From assembly GCF_036321535.1 (NCBI RefSeq), contig NC_087437.1, forward strand, positions 14,572,001-14,636,000: a stretch of 64,000 nucleotides of DNA, read 5' to 3'. Source of the DNA: Camelus dromedarius (lineage: Eukaryota). The notes beneath the pieces are model-generated. The model was not told where the DNA came from. It saw only the letters and a program-made list of their open reading frames with translations, and made no database searches. Both the position numbers and the translations under genes were made by a program. Every line of letters begins with the position of its first letter. Position 1 is the stretch's first letter. Positions 59,036-64,000 of this stretch are shown here, piece after piece.

Positions 59036-60483
59036 AGAAAAAGACAGAGAAGGAGGATAGAGAAAAGCAGGAATATACTTACATGTGCATCCTTGAATAA
59101 ATCTCTCTGAACCTCAGTTTTAGGGAACAAGACCCAGCTCACAAACGCTTTTTTGAATATTGAATCAGTTTGCAGGAGTGAAATATTTGCTAATATAATA
59201 ATACGTGTTTAATAAGTATGTATTCTTATTTCAAACATTAGCACACAATAAAGTGTTTCCCACCCATGGATAAACTTACCTTTACAGAATTTGCCAGAAT
59301 TTTCTTGGCCAATATGCACTGTATTACCCATGGTGGGAGATAGGGTGTGAGCTGTCATCTCCATGGCTGAGACCAGGAAGGCAGTTTATCAGAGAACAAA
59401 GCCGCACTCAGCTTAGCCCTCAGTAAATGTTGACTGTATGACTGAAGAAATGAATAACTGTGGAATGGTAGTGAGAGGAGGCAGGTTTTCCTCCAGGAAG
59501 CCTTCCTGGGTGCCTCTGGCTTCCGTGGGTTCCCTGGCAAGCTGCCGCACATAAAAGCTGCTCCATCCAATGTAGTCCTGAGTTACAGACCACCTTCCAT
59601 TGTCCTCTCCTTGCTCTGCGTGTGTATTCCTCTCCTCAGCTTGATGTGGACAAGATGGTTTTATTATTCTTTTCCTCTAGAAATCTCCCTCCAAGTCCAC
59701 GTTGAGTTATTCAGGTACCTAAATCCACAAATTTATATCCCAAAAGAGAATAATAAAGAGGTGGAGGGTGCGTACCCTTATAATTATATAGGACACCAGT
59801 TGAGGTTTTTTTTTTTTATATCCTAAGATTTTGTGAAGATTGACTAAAATGATATACAAAAATTTCTCAGTAGAGTGCCTGGCACGTAGTAGGTGCTCAG
59901 TAAACAGAAGTTTAGCATGAGTGCCAGTATCAGTGTCAGTAATAGGGAGAAGGAGGGACAAGGTCAGAGGAAAGCTTTAATCCCCAAGCACGCACAGCCT
60001 GGAGGCTGAGTTTCAGAATTCAATTGTGAATCTAGTAACACTTGCCCAAAACCTAAATTATACCTTGGAGTGTGGGCATCCTGCCTTGAAATGGGAAATT
60101 AGACAGTTTCAGAAGGCTGCACAGCTGTGTTGCCTGAGCCGTTTTGTTCCAGGCTAACTGGAACAGGCGGTGAACCTTTGGCAACCGAGGAGAGCAGTGC
60201 CAGGAGCCTGTAGCCTGCTGTTAGGACCTGGGCAAGAATACCAAGCAGGGCTCCGAGCCGCCTGTGAGCGGGTGCGGGAGAGAGCAGACGCCCTTCCTGA
60301 GTCTGCCCCGCCCTGCCCGCCCCTCCCCCCAGACACTCTGCCACCATCCATCCCTGCCACATCCCTGCCAGCCTCCTCTTCTCCTCTGTCCTCGGCAAGC
60401 TCTCATGAGGAAGGGCGGCTGCAGACAGATGATGCTTCAGACTGTCAGTAAGCCCAGAAGGATGTTAGGTCAAAAGCCCCAAT

Positions 60484-60992
60484 GTGTTTTTGTTTTTTTG
60501 GTTTTTTTAACTGAAGTATAGTCAGTTACAGTGTGTCAGTTTCTGGTATACAGAATAATGTCCCAGTCATGCATATATATACATATATTTGTTTTCATAT
60601 TCTTTTTCATTAAAGGTTATTACAAGATATTGAATATAATTTCCTGTGCTATACAAAAGAAATTTATTTTTTATCTATTTTTATATATAGTGGTTAACAT
60701 TTGCAAATCTCAAACTCCCAAATTTCCCCCTTCCCAACCCCTTTCCCCGGGTAACCATAAGATTGTTTACTATGTTGAGTCTGTTTCTGTTTTGTAGGTG
60801 AGTTCATTAGTGTCCTCTTTTTCCTTTTTTCTTTTGTTTAGATTCCACCTATGAGTGCTATCTTTCTCTTTCTGGCTTACTTCAGTTAGAATGACAATCT
60901 CCAGGTCCATCCATGTTGCTGCAAATGGCATTATTTTATTCTTTTTCATGGCTGAGTAGTATTCCATTGTATACATATACCACAACTTATTT
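60484..60992 (-). mobile_element. Young L1 3' end (5'-truncated)
   Basis: T-rich tail then ctgaagtatagtcagttacagtgtgtcagtttctgg; minus-strand ORF 60770-60985 reads [41 protein letters not shown], the L1 ORF2p C-terminus. Confidence 0.95.
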
Positions 60993-61944
60993 CCCTAACC
61001 CTAACCAAATGCCCTTTTTAGGTAAGTGACTTTCAGGCACGATCAGGCCAGAACTCTGTTTCTTCTCCCCCTGGCTTTGGAGAATTTGGAGCTTAGGGTA
61101 GACAGGTGCCGGTGTGCTCAGCTTCTTTAGTCAGGTCTCAGGACTCTCCAGGGCTTCCTTTGGGGTCTGAAAGATCTCATTACAGTTGCTGAGAAGCCCA
61201 CTTGGCCAGACCCCAAACTGTGGGGGTGTTGTTTCCTTTGGGTTTGTAGGAGCCAAGCACTGAGAGATACCATGGCTTCTCTAGGGATGCTGAGCCCATC
61301 ACAGGCTGCCCTGTCACCTGCCACCCACAAAAGTCCTCCTGCTTTTCCTACTTCCTTACTGCTCTCATCAGAACCTCCCCAGAGCACATGCCTTGAGTCA
61401 GGAAGCCAAAGCTGAGACTTGTCTCTATAAAGCCCAAATCCTGGCGAACGCTCTCACACAACACATGAGAACTTTGGAAAGCAATGGAGGCTGACTTGCT
61501 TCTGTAATGAGGAGCGGAACTGGCAGTGGTGGGTACAGTGGTGGGAGGGGACCTTGGGAGGGAGGAGTCTGCAAGAAGCAGGTTCCATGCATCTCAGCCT
61601 TCTCCTGCTTCCCCGTGTTATGGATGTGTGTGTGTATGTATGCATTTGAACCTATTCGTGTTAATCACTGAAACAAGCAAAGACTGAGATGCTTACACAC
61701 ATGCACTGTGTGGCCACGTCACAGGGCTCACAGTCCTTCCTGCTTTCTTGTGTTGATTTTGTCTTCAAAGACATACACATCTATAATTTTGTGGTAAGCA
61801 TCCAACTGCAAATACCTTGAATGTGTGGAATTATTTAAGTATTCTTTGATTCTCCTACTTTTTTCAGAAAACATTACAAAGCTCACGGCCCCCCGGGGAC
61901 CTAAGTGTAGTAGAAACTAAAAACACCAGTTTCCACCTTCTGAT

Positions 61945-62695
61945 TGGCAGGCACTGTGTGGGGTCTCTAGGCCTCTTAGACTCATATTCCCTCCCCCAAA
62001 AGCACTCTGAAGTGAGGCGGTATCTTCCTTATTGTACAGCCAAGGAAAACAAAGCTGAGAAAACTTGCTTGAGGTCCCACAGCTAGCAAGTTACAGAACC
62101 AGTGTTATTACCGAGGCCAAACTCATTCTGCTCGCCGCACAGCAGGCCAGTAAATTGGGAGACAAGGTGTTGGGTCAAGGAAGAGTGACTTTATTTGGAA
62201 AGCCAGTAGACCAAGAGACGGCAGACTAATGTCTTGGAGAACTATCTTCCCCAAGTTAGAGTTCAGGCTCCTTTTATACTAAAAAGGGGGAGGGTAGTAT
62301 GCTTGGTTGTTGCAAACTTCTTGGTCTAGGAATTCTTTGTTCTTGGAATCCTTTGTTCCTGCAGCTGTCCACGTGGGTCAGGTCATGGTGCCTCTGTAAA
62401 CCTCCAACAAAACAAATGTTATTTTCTATTCTGCAACTTGTTATCTTTATATGAATGGAAAAGTGTTAATATCCTTAAAGCATAGAGCCTTAAAAATGGG
62501 CTGTTCTGTATATTTCAGGCTACGGGCAACATTTTTTTACAAAAGGTGCAGAACCAGCAAAACTAAGCCCAGGAAACAGAGCACAGGGTTAAAGCCAAAG
62601 AAACAGATCTAATATGGAGTCAGGCTTGTTCTTTTCTATTACACCAAGATGAACCTAAAACCCACCGACCCCAGGTCCAGGCCTTCCCACCACGC
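61945..62695 (-). mobile_element. MIR SINE split by an ERV1 LTR
   Basis: attgtacagccaaggaaaacaaagctgagaaaacttgcttgaggtcccacagctagcaag before the LTR; ccaagatgaacc..gaccccaggtccaggcc after it. Confidence 0.65.
62103..62643 (-). mobile_element. ERV1-class solo LTR (MER34/LTR39-like)
   Basis: TGT...ACA termini; flanks ccag/ccaa; minus-strand AATAAA near 62190-62195 and TATAAAA near 62272-62278; minus-strand start tgtaatagaaaagaacaagcctgactccatattagatctg. Confidence 0.85.
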
Positions 62696-63314
62696 CCTGG
62701 GCTGAAGGGCTCTGTGGGAAGCAGGGCCACGTGTGAGCAGAGTGCCCTGGGAGCACTGAGCAGGGAGCTGCCGTCTTTGACTGGATGAACTGAGAAGCCA
62801 TGATCCCATCAAGACAAGGTGACAGTCGGGTTGGGGTTTTGGAGATACCCCAACATCATCTACTGACTACATCGTCACCTAGCAAGAAAGGGGTAGGGGC
62901 AGAAAATTTGCATGTGAATGGATACATCCACGTCCAACACCTCATACGGCTTTCATGTTCAGCGGGCAGGGCGATCTAGCCCCGTGCTAATGATAAATAA
63001 GCTTTTATGTTCATGCAGCCTGCTTCCTTGGTCAAGAGTGTTTCTATTATGCAAGGTGGCATTTACCCTGGCCCCTCAGTTGGAATTTGAACAGGTTAAA
63101 ATACAATGTGTGCAGGTTATTAGTCTCCCTGACCCTTTCACCTCCAAGCTCCACACTTTGACTCTAAATGAGAATATTTTAGATGGTGAGAATCAGAGGA
63201 AATATCAATAGATACACCAAGAGTCGGAATTTTCCTCCCCTCTCTAAGTGGGCTCCCAGGTGTATCCGTGGCTGCATGCTCTCACTCCAGGGTGCTGAGA
63301 AGTTAAGGAATCAG

Positions 63315-63716
63315 TATTGACACATTATTAACTGAAGTCCATACTTTATTCAGATTTCCTTCATTGTCCCCTACTGTCCTTTGTCTATTCCAGGGTCCCA
63401 GCCAGGATACCACGTGATGTTTAGTTGTCATGTCTCCTTCGGTACCTTTTGGCTGTGAGTTTCTCAGACTCACAAGACTTTCCTTGTCTTTGATGACCTC
63501 AGTGAGGAGTCCTGATCAGATATTTCACAGAATATTGGGATTTTCCAGATGTTTTTCTTATTAGACTGGGGGTGTAGGTTTGGGGAAGGAAAGCTACAGA
63601 GGTCAAGTGCCATCTCCATATCCAGGGTACCTACCATCACCATGACTTTATCACTGTTGATGCTGACCTTGGTCGCCTGGCTGAGGCAGTGTTTGTCGGG
63701 GTCTCTAATGTAAAGC
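63315..63716 (-). mobile_element. Old L1MC/MD 3' UTR fragment
   Basis: attaactgaagtccatactttattcagatttcctt..caggataccac..tttagttgtcatgtctcctt..gactttatcactgttgatgctgaccttggtcgcctggctgagg. Confidence 0.85.
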
Positions 63717-64000
63717 ATGGAACATTTTTACAAGCTTTGTCCTTTTAGTTCGGGAGAGTACAAAGCAGTCTGGGCCAATGCATTTGTGTTCTTCCCCATG
63801 ATGTCAGCGAGACGTTACCTGAATATTAATGATCCTGTTATTTTATCAGAAGCTGAGCTAACCTTTTCATCCACCTAATTCTGACTCTCATTTTTGTTTG
63901 GAGGAAGTCTTTAAGAGAATGTCTTTAGTGTGTAGGTTTGTTCCCCTGTCACAGCTGATTTTCCTCCCTTCTAGAATGGCAGCTCCTTGAAGGAAATGAT

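Noticed and set aside
1..64000. The many 60-140 aa ORFs in the supplied track as genes
   Set aside because: They are short, overlap on both strands, often lie inside repeats and show no recognisable domains except transposon remnants. I could not build a consistent exon chain. Small real exons could still be missed by eye.
1..64000. CRISPR array, prokaryotic operon or viral gag/pol/env coding sequence
   Set aside because: There are no regularly spaced direct repeats or long ORFs. The LTRs appear solo, with no internal retroviral sequence recognised.

Overview
Mammalian, repeat-rich, non-coding DNA (intronic or intergenic). It is very probably camelid (Camelus/Vicugna/Lama), judged from nine tRNA-Ala(AGC)-derived SINEs of the Vic-1 type and cetartiodactyl-type L1 ends. 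I can support no host protein-coding exon, RNA gene or CRISPR array. The only recognisable protein sequences are dead transposon remnants: L1 ORF1 at 28.9-29.5 kb, L1 ORF2 EN/RT at 45.9-47.5 kb and a hAT/Charlie transposase C-terminus at 14.7 kb. The window layers ancient repeats (MIR, L2, L1M, MER3/33/5A/53/58/91/94/103, Charlie4a, MLT1, LTR16, LTR33, MER74) under younger insertions (SINEs with TSDs, short L1 3' ends, three ERV1-type solo LTRs). I found no convincing new biological system. The best observations are structural: a clean twin-primed inverted L1, an L1 truncated at both ends with an in-frame internal deletion, a 5'-intact but 3'-deleted L1, a telomere-like 14-mer at an L1 5' junction, a SINE copy that may give a tRNA-sized Pol III RNA, a minus-strand bias of LTRs, and repeat-free motif-rich blocks that look like enhancers. 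Repeat family names come from remembered consensus sequences, not a database search, and boundaries of old repeats are approximate.
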